Below, piece by piece: positions 1 to 14,795 of a stretch of DNA of 64,000 bases. Within the stretch, counting starts at the first letter, position 1. Each line of letters starts with the position of its first letter. The DNA is taken from NCBI GenBank assembly GCA_013239625.1, contig MU056050.1:4140084-4204083 (forward strand), given 5' to 3'. The notes under the pieces were generated by a model. The model saw nothing but the letters and a program-made list of their open reading frames with translations. It ran no database searches and was not told the origin of the DNA. The position numbers were made by a program, and so were the translations under genes. The DNA is from Lama guanicoe. Its lineage: Eukaryota.

Positions 1-340
1 CTGATAATAATATAGCCACTGCTGCTTTCCTTTGATTAAACTTTGCATTGTGTGTGTGTGTGTATATATATTCAACTTGCCTATATTATATTCAAAGTGA
101 GTTTCTTGTAGACAGAATATAGTTGGGGTAGGCTTTATACATCCATTGTGATAATCTCTGTGTTTCAATTAGATCATATACATTTAATATAATTATTTTA
201 GAGCTTAAGTCTGCCATTATATTCTTTTGCTTTATGCCTTTGTTCTCTCCATTTTTTGTTTGACTCTTTTTCTTTTCCCACCTGTGGGTTTTCTGAACAT
301 TTTTCACAGCTTCATTTTGATTCATTCATAGTACTTTTGA
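1..340 (-). mobile_element. Ancient L1 fragment spanning the ORF2 start (endonuclease N-terminus)
   Basis: Minus translation IIILNVYDLIETQRLSQWM...LSTRNSL resembles decayed L1 ORF2 ITLNVNGLN..RL..WI..CLQETH. Confidence 0.7.
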
Positions 341-634
341 GTATCAAAAACTCAGTAAGACATGGTCTCTGCCCTTGAGGGAATCATAGTGAACAGCAGT
401 ATTTCTCAACCCTGTATACCCATCAGTATAACCTGTTGATATATATAGATGATAGATAATAGATATTATATAGATTTTATAGATTGATATTATATATTAT
501 GTAATATCTAGATATATTATATCTATCTGTCCTTCTATCTTCCTATATCGTACATAGAGATTCTAATTTTGTGGGACTAAGTTAGGATCCAGGTTCTGAT
601 GTTTAAAACTACCACAGTTTGATTTTTTCTTGTC

Positions 635-850
635 CTTTTTTATAACAGCTTTATTTAGATATAATTAATATATTATAAAATTCATAATTTTGAAGTGTCA
701 TTGGTTGATAGTATATTTGCAGAGTTTTGCAACAGTCAGAGCTATCTACTTTCTACCTCTATGGATTTGCTTATTCTGGATCTTTCCCATGAATAATGTT
801 GCTACAGACATTCTTGTACAAATTTTGTGTGCATCCAAAGTTTGATTCTG
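635..850 (-). mobile_element. L1M (L1MB-like) 3' end fragment
   Basis: T-run then ACAGCTTTATTTAGATATAATT and CTCTATGGATTTGCTTATTCTGGA, typical of an antisense L1M 3' UTR. Confidence 0.65.
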
Positions 851-904
851 ATATCCTACTGAAACTGTGAGCCAATAATCTAGAATAGCACTATTATAAT
901 CTTC

Positions 905-1076
905 TGCATTAATGGAAATAGTGCGTAGTGGCAACATCCAAAGCAGTAGCTGCTGGCCAAATATTACTATTAACCACTTGTAGGAACTGTGGTGAAATTT
1001 TAATTTTATTTCTTTTTAATTAATTTTTATTTTGTTAGCCACATGTCACTAATGGCTACCATACTGGACAGCATAG
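905..1076. mobile_element. MER3/MER33-like hAT-Charlie DNA transposon relic
   Basis: TAGCCACATGTCACTAATGGCTACCATACTGGACAGCA terminal motif. Confidence 0.7.
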
Positions 1077-4000
1077 AATAGGACCTGGGTTTAGGAAGAT
1101 AAATATTCACAATAAAATATGGATTTGTAAAGAATGAGGATGTAGACAGGGGACAAGAGAGAAAATAATTTTAAAATTCCACTTTGAGAAGATGAGGGTC
1201 AGAACTAGGCCAATAGTAGCAGAGATAACCTGAAGAGAAAAAATCCAAGAGACATCTTAGACTAGACATGGAAAGATTGATGATTTAGGGGAATGGAGAG
1301 GGAGGAGTCCAGGAGGACTTTAGCCCTGCTGTATGTCTAGGCCTCACCTTGATATGTGTATATACTTTTAAGTTTGTTTGTTAACGTTTGGCAACATATA
1401 GGCATTCCCTTTAAACTCTGCCAATATTCAGTTAATTAAAATCTGAAATTCATTGGTAGAAAAGTATACTCACTACAAATTTGAAAACATTAACAGTTAC
1501 CATTACAATTTTCATGACTGCCATTCTTAGTTTTTTCATTTGACTAGAAATTTCAATATTTATTTTGATGCAGAAAAATACACTTAACAGGCAGTGCTTG
1601 TGCTATTATTATATTGAAGAAATAACCAAGGAAAAATTTGCAACTTTTACTTCCAAGGTGAATTTGTAATCTACGAAGGTCTTCATATCACTATTGTCCA
1701 AAAATGGACATTCTTCTGTTTTTATATTTGCAAAGCATATCAGGAACTTTGGTAGCAATTAATTCTAGACAGTAGAAGCATAAGTTTTTGTTGTATTATG
1801 TGTATATTTTGTTATTTTAAAAATTAAAAGTTAGGAAATACATTTAAAATGACCACTATAAAAATATCTTGATCCTTAAAAATGAAAGTGTTTTACTATA
1901 TGATATTTAACTGATAGACCTACACAATTTTATTATTCGTTAATCCTACTCTTGGCCATATATTCTATAGGTGCGTGCTAATAATAAGAGATGAACAAAT
2001 TGTCATATTTATTTATCATTTTCTCTTTCTTTCTAAGAAATGACCTTAAGAAAAGCTTAATTGGTAGTGTAGGTTCTGAAAGGTAGTCACTTCCCTCATC
2101 TGATTTCCCGTAAGCACTGCATAATGCACAGTACACACTTTGTACCTTGATATGTGACATTTACAGTGGCAGGACTAATTGCTATGATCTGAGCAGCAAC
2201 TCAAAATATTGAGGTAAACTTAAGGCTTGACTGGTACATAGATTTGAAGTTTTGAGATTTTTAAAAAATGTTTACATATTCTCAAAGAATGGTAGTGCCA
2301 AGTTATCGTTCATTACTGAATACTCATACCAGCTAAATTGGAGAAAATACAACAACAATAACAGATGCTGTGGGTGACTGTAGTGCTCTGCCATTAGTTT
2401 GACTTGTGTTTTTCATTTTGAGACTGGGTGACTCACTCACAGAGAGTTATAAAGTAAAACAAAGAAGATTCAAGATTTTAATAAGACATTACCTTGAGCT
2501 CTTCACATTGAAGATAGTTTATCTCTGTCTGAATGCAAGTGTTTCTGTATGTGAACACTCACACAAAGATAGAGACCCCAACAAACAAGCATAGTAGTAA
2601 AATCCCTTTGCAGGTGAAGATGAAATACTGGCTACAACCTGTGTATATAGATGTGACACAAAGATCATTATTCTATTGAGATCTTGAAGGTCAAATATAT
2701 GTCTCTATATAATGCTCCTTCTCAGCAGAAGGTTCTGATCCTACCATGATGTCTCTGCTCTTTTGCTTAGGGGAAGTTGCCTTTTAAAAAGAGAATTATT
2801 TAATCCATGATCTTAGTTGTATATTTTATTCTATAGGGGATATTTATTTGGTTTTTCAGAACAATGTTATATTCTCAGGTTGACAAATTCAAAAACAGCT
2901 ACGTGGGCTGGGTGAGGAAGATTATTACTGTTATTCAGTTGGTGGTTTGGTCCACATTAGTCTAAATCACTGGTTTGAATGATTCTCACTGAATCAACAC
3001 ATCTATTTATAGCTATATCAACCAGCTATTATGATGTGTGTCAATATCATGACTAATTACTGGGTAAAAACTAGTAAAAAGCAAGACAAATGAGCAAGTT
3101 TATATATTATATCTCCCTTTTGCTTTATATTTCCAGTGCTAAATATTTGTGATATTTGATTGAAGACTCTTGCATTGATTACAACCCTTTCTAAGTGAAA
3201 GTGTCTAGATTTCAGAAGACCTCTGATTAACCATAGGGAAGTATGTGCAGTGAGTATGTTCCCATGTGTTAGTGCTCAAGTCCTAATATTGAGAATAAAA
3301 AAAAGACTTTATGGCTTATATAGACACAATACAATTTTTAAAGTTCTTTGTGATTTTTTTTCTCCTAGACCCTTATAAATAATAAAACTAAGTCCCATTT
3401 TTTGTCAGAGGTTAGATTAATGTCATGTAGGACTGGCCTTATTATCAGTTAAGGAAATCAGAGGTGGGAATGGATTAAAGCGTTATAGCAATTACTGAGA
3501 ATATACCATGGTCTATTCCAAAGCTAAAATTCAGCCCCCCTTTATTATAGTTGGGAATGTGGAACTAGAGAAGATAAATGGAAATTTAGATGTCAAGACT
3601 AAAACTAAAATTATGGTCATATAATGAGAGATGTTTGGGGGAAAATTAACATCAAAAAAAATTGAGTTTCCAGTGTTACAGGTTCTTCAAATTAGCCTCT
3701 GGCTATGAATTACACATATATATGTATATATACATCTATATTATAGTACAGTATAATTATTATTATCACATATTATAATTTTAACCAGGAAAGGCTAAAA
3801 TACAACACAGAATCTTGAAATTGGTAAGTGCTGGGCCATGTCTTCTCTGCTCCACATCTGGATCAGGAACATTTACATCACTATTCTGCAAACACAGTGA
3901 GGCAGTACCTATGTAACTCTCACACCACTTGTCTAATATCGACTAGTTTGAGGAGATGAGGAGAAATAAATAGAAAACCACAGTCTGTCAGGTGTTAATG

Positions 4001-5318
4001 GGACAAAGGGTCCCCTGGTCAATTTTGAGACACACCAAAATCACTATCCTTCTCATAGAGAATGCAGTTGATCACTATTGCAATTCTTCTGGCAGGAGGC
4101 TTCCATGGACTTCCACATTACATAAAAATGAATGTGTTTTATCTTTAGCTTATTTCAGCTTGCTGCATTGAGCACCATCCATCATTTCCTTCTTCTCCTT
4201 CCCCACCCCAACCTGGCCTTTGAAAATGTATTTTCACTGCTTTTTTCCCCTATGTTTACCAAAGAAAAGATGTCAGTACACACTGTTCAAACATTACATA
4301 AATTACTAAAATAAGAAGAAAGCCCCCTATTATACTATCTCTTAAAGACAGTCAACCCTTTTGTAAATATTCTTATATGTACTGTATGTTTAGTCCTCTC
4401 ATCTTCCTCCTCCTATTTTTAAACAAAAATGGGATTCCAATATGCCTTTGGTTTGCAGTTTATTTCACCTGACCTTATCAAGGCTACCTCTCCATGTCAG
4501 TAGATAAAGAGCAAGTCCAGAATTTTAATAACTGTCTAGTATCCCATTATTTGGAGGAGAGTCCAACTAGCCAAGCCCATCCATAGACAGTCCTCCAACT
4601 GTGCTTGCCATTTCAAAAATCACTCTTGCTGTTGATGTATGCCAGAGTATGGCTTGGAACCTTTGGGAGAGATTCTCTGTGAAGACTGGCTCCCATCAAA
4701 ATGGCAGCATTCTCATAGTTATGTTTAGTTATATATCTATATTTCATAGACGCTTGTGGTAACTGCTCAGCTTTATTTGTTAAAGCTTTCTATTTTCTAC
4801 TATTTTCTGTTTGTTCTTCAGAAAATTGTCAAAATATCTGATCTGATAATGGTACTCTTTCTTTTTATAGCACTAATGTGGAATTATTCAATTTAAATAG
4901 TCTTTACTGTCACTTCTATAAGATCCTTAGAAGGAGGTTCTGTCATTTTGAACCAGAAGCTCCACTGAATTTTCAAACGGACTAGTTTTGCATCTAGCCA
5001 ACATCACCTTCGATCTGGATCATTGCAATTACCTACTAACTGATTTCCCTCCTTCTCTTTTACCCACTTTTACCTTCTCTTTTACCCAGTATATTATCTA
5101 CACAGCAGCCAGGTTTCCTTTTAAAGCATAAATTCTGTGTTCAAAACCCTCCCTGGCTTTTCAACTCATTCAGACTAAAGTCCAGGTTTCTTTAATTGTT
5201 TGCAGATCTCTGCGAGATGTTGTTCCCCAGTACCTCACTGACCCTACTCCTTTTTTCACACACTCTGCTTCAACCACACTTGTCTCCCTTCTGCTCTTCT
5301 AACATACCTGGCACGGTC

Positions 5319-6585
5319 CAACAGAAAGGGAGAAAATATTTGCAAATCATATATCTCATAAGGGGTTAATATCCAAAATATATAAAGAACTCATATAATT
5401 CGATAGCAAAAAAATCCAATTAAAAAATGGGCAGAGGTTCTTTTTTTCCTTTTATTTATTTTTTTACTTTTTTTATTGAATTATAGTCATTTTATAATGT
5501 TGTGTTAATTTCCAGTGTAGAGTGCAATTTTTCAGTTATACATGAACATACATATATTCATTGTCACATTCTTTTTCCAGAGGTTCTGAACAGACATTTT
5601 TCTGAAGAAGACATACAAATGACCAACAGGTACATGAAACATCACTAATCACTAAGCATCATCTCAAAATCACTAGTCATCAGGTAAATGCAAATCAAAA
5701 CCACAATAAGGTATAAGGTATCACGTTACACTTGCTAGAATAGCTGTTATCAAAAAGACAAGAAATAACAAGTGTTGGTGAGGATGTGGAGAAAAGGAAA
5801 CCCTTGTGCACTGTTGAAGGGAATGTAAATTGGTGCAGCTGCTGTTGAAAACACTATGGAAGTTCCTTTAAAAATTAAAAATGGAACTACCACATGATCC
5901 AGAAATTCCAATTCTGGATATTCTTCCAATGAAAATGAAAACAGTAACTTGAAAAGATATCTGCACCCCCACATATGCTGCAGCACTATTTACAATAGGC
6001 AAAACATTGAAACAACCTAAGTGTCCATCCATGGATGACTGGATAAAGAAAATGTGAAGTACACACAGACACATGCATGTGTGCATGGAATATTACTCAG
6101 CCATAAAAAAGAAGGAAATCCTGTCATTTGTGACAACATTGATGGACCTTGAGGGCATTATGCTGAGTAAAATAAGTCAGATAGAGAAAGACACATAACA
6201 TATAACCTCACTTAAATGTGGAATCTGAAAAAAAAAAATGAACTCAGATACAGAGAACAGATTGGTGGCTGCCAGAGGTGGTGGGTGGGGTGGGCAAAAT
6301 GGGTGAAAGGGGTCAAAAGGTACAAACTTCACTTACAAAATAAATAAGTCCTGGGACTATAATGGACAGCATGGTGACTATAGTTAGTAATACTGTATTA
6401 CATATTTGAAAGTTGCTAAGAGAATAAACCTTAAAGGTTCTCATCACAAGAAAAAATATTATTAATATTGCATGTTAACTAGACTTACTGTGGTGATCAC
6501 TCTGCAATATATACATATATCAAATTATTATATTTTACACCTGAAACTAATATGTTATATGTCAATTATATCTCAATAACAAATA
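5319..6585 (+). mobile_element. 5'-truncated L1MA-like element (ORF2 C-terminus plus 3' UTR)
   Basis: GGGAGAAAATATTTGCAAATCATATATCT, ATGGAATATTACTCAGCCATAAAAAAGAA, ends TATGTCAATTATATCTCAATAA. Confidence 0.9.
5442..5577 (-). mobile_element. Young (likely camelid-lineage) L1 3' end nested in the older L1; TSD CAGAGGTTCT at 5432-5441 and 5578-5587
   Basis: T-rich tail on the left, exact 10-bp TSD, near-identical to the element at 40950-41170. Confidence 0.85.
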
Positions 6586-6839
6586 TAATTTCATCTCCCC
6601 TGGAATTCCTATCCCCTATTCTCTTTTACTATGATTTATCTATTAGCATTGATAACCATCTGACATACTACACATTTACTAGTTTATATGTTTATTGACT
6701 CTCCTTCTCAATGGACTGCAGGCCTCATCAGGGCATGGCTTGCTTGTCTTGTTCACCATAGTATCTCTTAGCACCTGGCACAGTGCCCATATATGGTAAG
6801 TGCTAGAGAAATATTTGCTGTATGAGTAAATACATGAAA

Positions 6840-7930
6840 ATAGGAAAGTATTGATTTTTTATATATTAATTTCAAAGCTGAACATCTTAGTAAATTGTTT
6901 AATTGTTCCTAACATATTTTTCAGTTTGCTCTTTTGGATTTCTATTTTTTTAATAGTCATATCATCTGCAAATAATTATAACTTCTTTCTCTTCCAAGAG
7001 TTATACCTTTTATTTTCTTATCCTTTTAAACTGCTGTATCCAGAATTTTTAAATAATATTAAATACTGGTGGTGATATTTTAGAATCCTTGTTTTGTTCC
7101 TTATTTTCATAGGAATTCCTCTATGAGAATTCCAGAGGAATTCGAATAGAATTCCTTTATTTAATTCTATCTAATTTTATACCATTATAGAGGATTTTGG
7201 TTCAGGTTTGACACGTAACACACACACACTCAATGATATGAAGACTATATTTACTCATACTTTACTAAGGATTTTATCAGAATTGTAGTAGGATTTTGTT
7301 AAATTCTTTATTAGAATTTATTAACATGAGCATATGTCTTCTCATTTGACCTGTTAATATGAAACATTGAAATAATAGATTCCTCAATAGTGAACACTCT
7401 TTGCATTTAAGGAACTAGCTTCACTTTGCCATGGTATGGTTTCCTTTTAATACACTGATGGATTATATTCAGTGTTTTTAAAGGATACGTTGTATTTATC
7501 TATCTGTCTATGTAAAACTAGTCTTTCATTTTGTGCAGTTTTAGTCAGGTTTATTATTAATATGCTGGCCTCATATAGAAAAGAGTAAACTTCTCTCTTT
7601 GTGCTCTGAAGTGGCTCAAAATGAAATACTCCTTGACAATGTGAAATAATTTATTTGTGAGACCATCAGGCTTAGCATGCCTATGATATGTTTATGATTG
7701 TTTATGTGTGTGATTTTCTTGGCAGAAAGGGAAGGCTAATAAACAAAACAACATTCACTGTTTTCTAGGGCAAATGCTCTGTTCTTGTTTATTTCTTCTT
7801 GGAAAAAATTTAGTTATTTTTATCTTCTGATAATTTTTTCACTCAGAATTTAGTTACCTGCCTAAGGAGGAAATCTTTGCCCATGATTATTTCTTTTTGC
7901 TTACTTTTAATTCTTTGTATTTGTGACTGT
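6840..7930 (-). mobile_element. Ancient L1ME-like ORF2 (RT region) fragment
   Basis: TCATATCATCTGCAAATA is the antisense of the FADDM catalytic motif; surrounding sequence is typical antisense L1. Confidence 0.7.
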
Positions 7931-8984
7931 GATGCCAAGGGAAGGAACATCCTCATCTGGACACCCGTTTTGTCCTTTAGTAGCCTGGGAAAAGTGGCAC
8001 TGAGGCAAGAACTCACACTGTGACGTCCTGCTTTGTGACTAGATTCTGACTTTCCACTCTCCAAGAAGGTACCAGCACTTGACCAGTGAAAAAGCTTATT
8101 ATTGGGCCAGTGTGAGATCTGGGAGAAAAACTGCCCTTTGTGACTTGAGGTAGAGACTCAAAAGTTATTATAAAGTCATTAGAAATGTTTTGTTGTCTCA
8201 TGCTGATGAAGTCATGGCATTTGGGTAACACAAACCTCTTCTATTTTTTTCACCCCCACCTTTTTTTGGGGGGGGGTGCTTTTTTATTCTGCTTGCTCCT
8301 GAAAGGGTGAGTTTCCCAGTGTTTCCCATCACTCACCTTCCCAGCAGTGAGAAATCTCATTCTGGCATATACAACCAGTTCTTCACTGGGTCTGTTCTCC
8401 TGATGCCACACAGGCACCTCAAATTCACCATGTCCCCAGTCAAGACGCTCACCCCCCCTACGTGTATCCTCTATGCCTATATTTGCAATATTCATTGTTG
8501 CCACTGTTCATCGACATTCAAGCCAGAGCCTTAGGGTCCACCTAAATTCTCAAGCTTTCTTCATCCTTCACATGAAATACCAAATACTGCGTGTTCATTT
8601 TATTTTCCTTTCATTTTTCTAATAACTTCCTCCCTCTCCACACTTAGCTCAGATATCCTAGTGCAGGCCCGCATCGTCTCCTTCGCAGATTTTCTTTAGT
8701 AACATGTTATGCATTGAATACAAGTGAAACCAGGGTGCAGTGAACCAGGAAGCCCTACTAGGTGCAGCTAAGTATCTCAGAAATGTAGTCCTTTGTAGTC
8801 CATCTGCAGACGTCTGAACCTGAACTGTAGGTGTTCTCCGCCTTTGGTTTGACAGTCTTTTTATTGCTTGCTCTCATTTCCTTGTATTCTTGATCTTTGT
8901 TTTAGAACCTACTTGATACTCTGACCACAAATCTAATTAACTCAGCCACGGTGGCTTAGAAAGAAATGATCAAGATCAAGTGGA

Positions 8985-9625
8985 TATCCGATTGGCAAAC
9001 AGCACAGAATTTGATGACACACTGTTGGAAAGAGTGTGGTGAAGCAGGCGTGCATACACTATTCATGGGAGGTTAAGCTGGTAGGACCTCTATGGAGGAT
9101 ACTTTGGCAATGGCTATTAAATATAAAATTGACCAAGCAATTCCATTTCTAGGAATTTATTCTGCAGATATAGTCATATATGTGCACAAAGATGTTTGCA
9201 ACTAAGTAATCACTGCAGAATACTTTATACTAGGAGAAAATAAGAACCAACATAAATGCTCATCAAAAGTGTAATGAAGGAATAAAATATGTCCCAGCCA
9301 TATTTTAGGGAATACTATACAATTAGAATGGATTAGGTAGGTATGTATGAGAAACGATCTTTAAGATTTTGTGATTAAAAAAGGCACAAATATGTAAAGC
9401 AAAGCATGTGCTATCATTTGTATAACAATTGCATACGCACATACAGATATGCTTATACATGTGTAGGCTATCTCCAGATGGATCAGACACAAGATGTACT
9501 GTTTGTGACCAACGGGCAGGAGGTCAGGGATCTTGACGTATAAGACTTTTCACTGTACACCTTTTGTAAAGTATGATTTGGGGGGTCATGTGCACATATT
9601 ATTTAATTTAAATTAAAATAAAAAC
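8985..9625 (+). mobile_element. L1ME-like 3' end
   Basis: GCAATTCCATTTCTAGGAATTTATTCT, GACTTTTCACTGTACACCTTTTGTA, A-rich end. Confidence 0.7.
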
Positions 9626-10087
9626 AAAAGACCAAGTGGGAAGTCTTGATAGATGTAGTTTAAAATATTTGAAATATCTGCACATGTAAAATGGTATCAC
9701 ATGGGAAGCAACATCTATACATACACACACAGTGTTATGTGATATGTGAGTAGGTAGTCATAAGCACAATATGTTTGTTTGTGTGAATGAAAGTTTGTTA
9801 AATCGTCTTAAAAAAAGGAAAAGACACCTAACTCTCCTAACCTATAGCAAGTATATTTAGATAAAGTATTCAAGATGTTATTGACTCTTTTAACCCCTGG
9901 TAATAGCATAAGTTTGCTTTTCAAAAGCAAATGTACAGAGTAGTATTTCAGCTTCAGTTTCTCTCCTGGAAGATTTTGACTTTGATAAACATATTCCTAT
10001 AAGGACAATTAATTAAAAGAATAAAGTGTGTATTTAAGCACTCAAAAACTTTAGCCTAGCACTTAATTGCTAAAATGCTGAACATGT

Positions 10088-10093
10088 TTTATT
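10088..10093 (-). terminator. Polyadenylation signal AATAAA for DCAF12L2 (3' UTR about 1 kb)
   Basis: TTTATT on plus at 10088-10093. On the minus strand it is preceded by TGTA motifs and followed by T-rich sequence; 10093-11093 is free of recognisable repeats. Confidence 0.6.
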
Positions 10094-10991
10094 TTTTCTG
10101 CAGTACATCACATACTCAATCCAGATAAAAGACTTACCCATGTATACAATAAAAAATTGTCAACAACACCTACATTGAGCACAGCAGTCAGCCTTTCTCT
10201 GTAAATGGCTGCCTGGATAGTGTTACCTGATCTGTAAAGAAATGTTTACTCCAAAAAGTACCTCCTTGATTATCCTGCCAGATATAGGCCAGTTTTGGTT
10301 AGCTCTGAAAATCTGTAGCATAAATGCTACTCAAGAAAGCAGGCCATAACATAGCAGATTTAAACAAGAAGGCTGAACGTCTTGGGGTACTGATACTAAG
10401 TTTTTACTAAATAATCAAAACTGTGATTGATAGGATGAATATCATTGTAAGATTTCTCAACCAAGAGAACACATTTTAAAGTATTTTATGCACCAACAAT
10501 ATACAAACAACAAACACTGAGTTTCCAACATCCAAATGAAATGTGCGCCCAAATGGTGGCAATCTAGAACTTGAAAAGCATTTTCTAATTGGAGCAGGGC
10601 TATAAATCTGCTCTGTTATATGGTGGATAGTTCCTCAGATCAACCCCAAAGACACTTTTTAGCACACATTTTCCAGAACTACAATACATCCGAATTGTGT
10701 GAAAGACCTGAACAAACTAATGAAATATTGATAAACCTAAAGTACTGAATCGTAGTCGGAACCATGACTGCATCAGCCCAGAGAATGAGCAAATGTGAAT
10801 CACTCAAAGAGATAACACAATTAAGGATTAGCCAAAAATTTTTGACCACCACGCAAACAGGATGGTGGTGTTGGAGGAGATGCAGAAAAATCTTAAAGAC
10901 AAGTTGTGACTGCCCAAGAGACCACTTCTGCTTTTTCTCTCTCTCTGCCTAATATACTAAGCAGAGGTAGAGGTAAGCTGGGCACTTTCCA

Positions 10992-11058
10992 CCTGGAAGA
11001 GAAAAGCCACACAGAGTCAAAAGCACACGCACAGAGTGAAAGGGGAAAGTAAGGGGGG
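10992..11058 (-). other. Consensus 3' splice acceptor (TTTTCTCTTCCAG|G), AG at 10994-10993, in the 3' UTR
   Basis: Pyrimidine-rich AG-free zone of about 65 nt, branch-point-like TTTGAC about 24 nt upstream, CAG|G. Confidence 0.55.
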
Positions 11059-11093
11059 CCTGGGCACTTTGAGGACACGGCGGGCGACCATCC

Positions 11094-12936
<1,843 letters not shown>

Positions 12937-13273
12937 GGACCGGCGCTCCAGGATCCCCAAGCCGTCTCCGTGCGGACCCATCTAGTGCGCCTGCCCAAGC
13001 TCCCTGAAACCCTACTTAAGGACAGCAATCAACTAGCCTTCTTAAAATCTTTACTTAAATAATTCTGAAAGTTAAAATACAGTCAACTATAAGACTAGAA
13101 GGAGCTCTGACAGTTATCTGTCGAAGAAACAAAAGTACACTCGGTGCAACCTTGGTAGATTGCTACAATTAGTGAACTTGACGGGGGGTAGTGAACTTTG
13201 CCTCTGCCAAACACACCCTCTCCATTAGGTCTGTCCTGCAGCCCCTCCTGTCTCAGCACCTCCTGTGGTGTCA

Positions 13274-13294
13274 NNNNNNNNNNNNNNNNNNNNN
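13274..13294. other. Assembly gap (21 N) next to a poly-C run just upstream of the gene
   Basis: Ns in sequence. Confidence 0.99.
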
Positions 13295-14444
13295 CCCCCC
13301 CCCCGCTGGTATTTATTAATTTGAGTCCTCTCTCCTCCTGTACCAGAATCCTTAAGGGGTGCGTTCCAACTGTAGTTCCCAGGCACCGCTTCCCGCTAGG
13401 GTGGGGTTAGGACTCTGGTCAAAGGCGAAGCCTCAGGATTGGAGATGGCTGGCTGCATTGAGGATAGGGGTGAGGGCTGGTGGGGTGAGAGAAGGGTGTG
13501 CAGGGTGTTGAATTCTCTTGAACCTCAGAGCCTTCAGGCGGTGGAGCTGACTGGAAGAGGTCTAGGAGATGGATACCTCTTCCTCTGCTTCTGTGAGTGA
13601 AGATTTAGTCCTCACTGTCAATCTCAGTAGGAGCCCTAGGAGCCTGGGCAGAGCCCTATCACTCGTGAGAGGCCCCCTGGGACGTGGGGGCAGGGCCATG
13701 AAGGATGCGCAGGATTTTCATAAAGAAAAGATAGTGAAGAACTTTCCAGAAGAATGTAACCAGAAAGAATGGTGGAGACTAGGAATTCGAGAGTGGTTTT
13801 AGCAGTCTCAGGATTTTGGATGGTCCATATATGGCTCTGCAGCCTCAGAGCAGCCAGTGCAGTGGCAAGCCCACATCCAGGCATGCTCAGTTACACAGGA
13901 ATACAAGTGGCTGGTGACTGATACCAACTCTGCATACACCCCAATCCTTTGCTGCAAAACCGTGTTTGCTCAGTTGGTGCATGTGGGGAGGACAGGTGAA
14001 TTAACATTTCTGATCAGTCACAGGAGAACATGGGAGTTACTTTGTTGCTGCTTTTACTTCCCTCCTCCCAGCCCCTTTTGCAGCCTTACGTCAAATGCAC
14101 AAACTCAAAGTACATAAAGCATGGATCCTTCCTACAGCTCCAGTCCAGCTGCTAGGTCGCAATACCCACTCCTCCCCTATATTCCTGCCCATGTCTAATG
14201 CTGTATCGAGAGGAGGATGAGGCTGGAGGATGGGGAGTGACCTGACAATTAAAACGGTGCTGACAACTTCATAATTAGAACTGACATTAGTAGAGAGTAA
14301 CTGACTACAAATTCCTTTAACTTAACCTACCATGTTTTCTTTTTTTAAAAAAATTCCACCTCAGAAAAATAGATATTATACAGTGAGACATCTTAGCATA
14401 CTTTTTACTGTTGTAGAACAAAATAGGCTGAACATTTTGGAATA

Positions 14445-14449
14445 TATAC

Positions 14450-14481
<32 letters not shown>

Positions 14482-14486
14482 CGAGA
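14445..14486. repeat. Compound (TA)n(GA)n microsatellite
   Basis: Seen directly. Confidence 0.9.
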
Positions 14487-14529
14487 CATAGGTATAGATA
14501 TATTTAAATTGTAAAAATAATTCTTATAA

Positions 14530-14795
14530 CAGCTATTATTTATTAAGAGCCTTTTTGTGTCATGGGCTGGAGGGCTGTGCTAAACACTTCCAATGCTTTA
14601 TGTACATTTATTTAGCCTCACAATAACTTGGCAAGGTAGGTTCTATTTTTATAGCCATGTTTTTAAATGAGAGATCAGAGACCCAGAAAGAGTAATGATG
14701 ACTCCCCCCATGGTTACAAAGCTAGTAAATGGTAAAGGCAGGTTGTGAATCCCTGTCTGACTCCAAAGCTTTTTAAGACTAACAACTACTCTATA
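14530..14795 (-). mobile_element. MIR SINE
   Basis: CCTCACAATAAC..AGGTAGG..ATGAG..AGAG..AGCTAGTAAATGGT..CTGACTCCAAAGC core. Confidence 0.75.

Larger units (their letters stand above)
4990..6835 (+). mobile_element. L2 3' region (about 4990-5318 and 6590-6835) split by an L1 insertion
   Basis: L2 motifs CACAGCAGCCAG..TTTTAAA and TCAAAACCCTCC on the left; ACCATCTGACATACTA and GCACAGTGCCCATATATGGTAAGTGCT..AAATATTTGCTG on the right. Confidence 0.75.
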
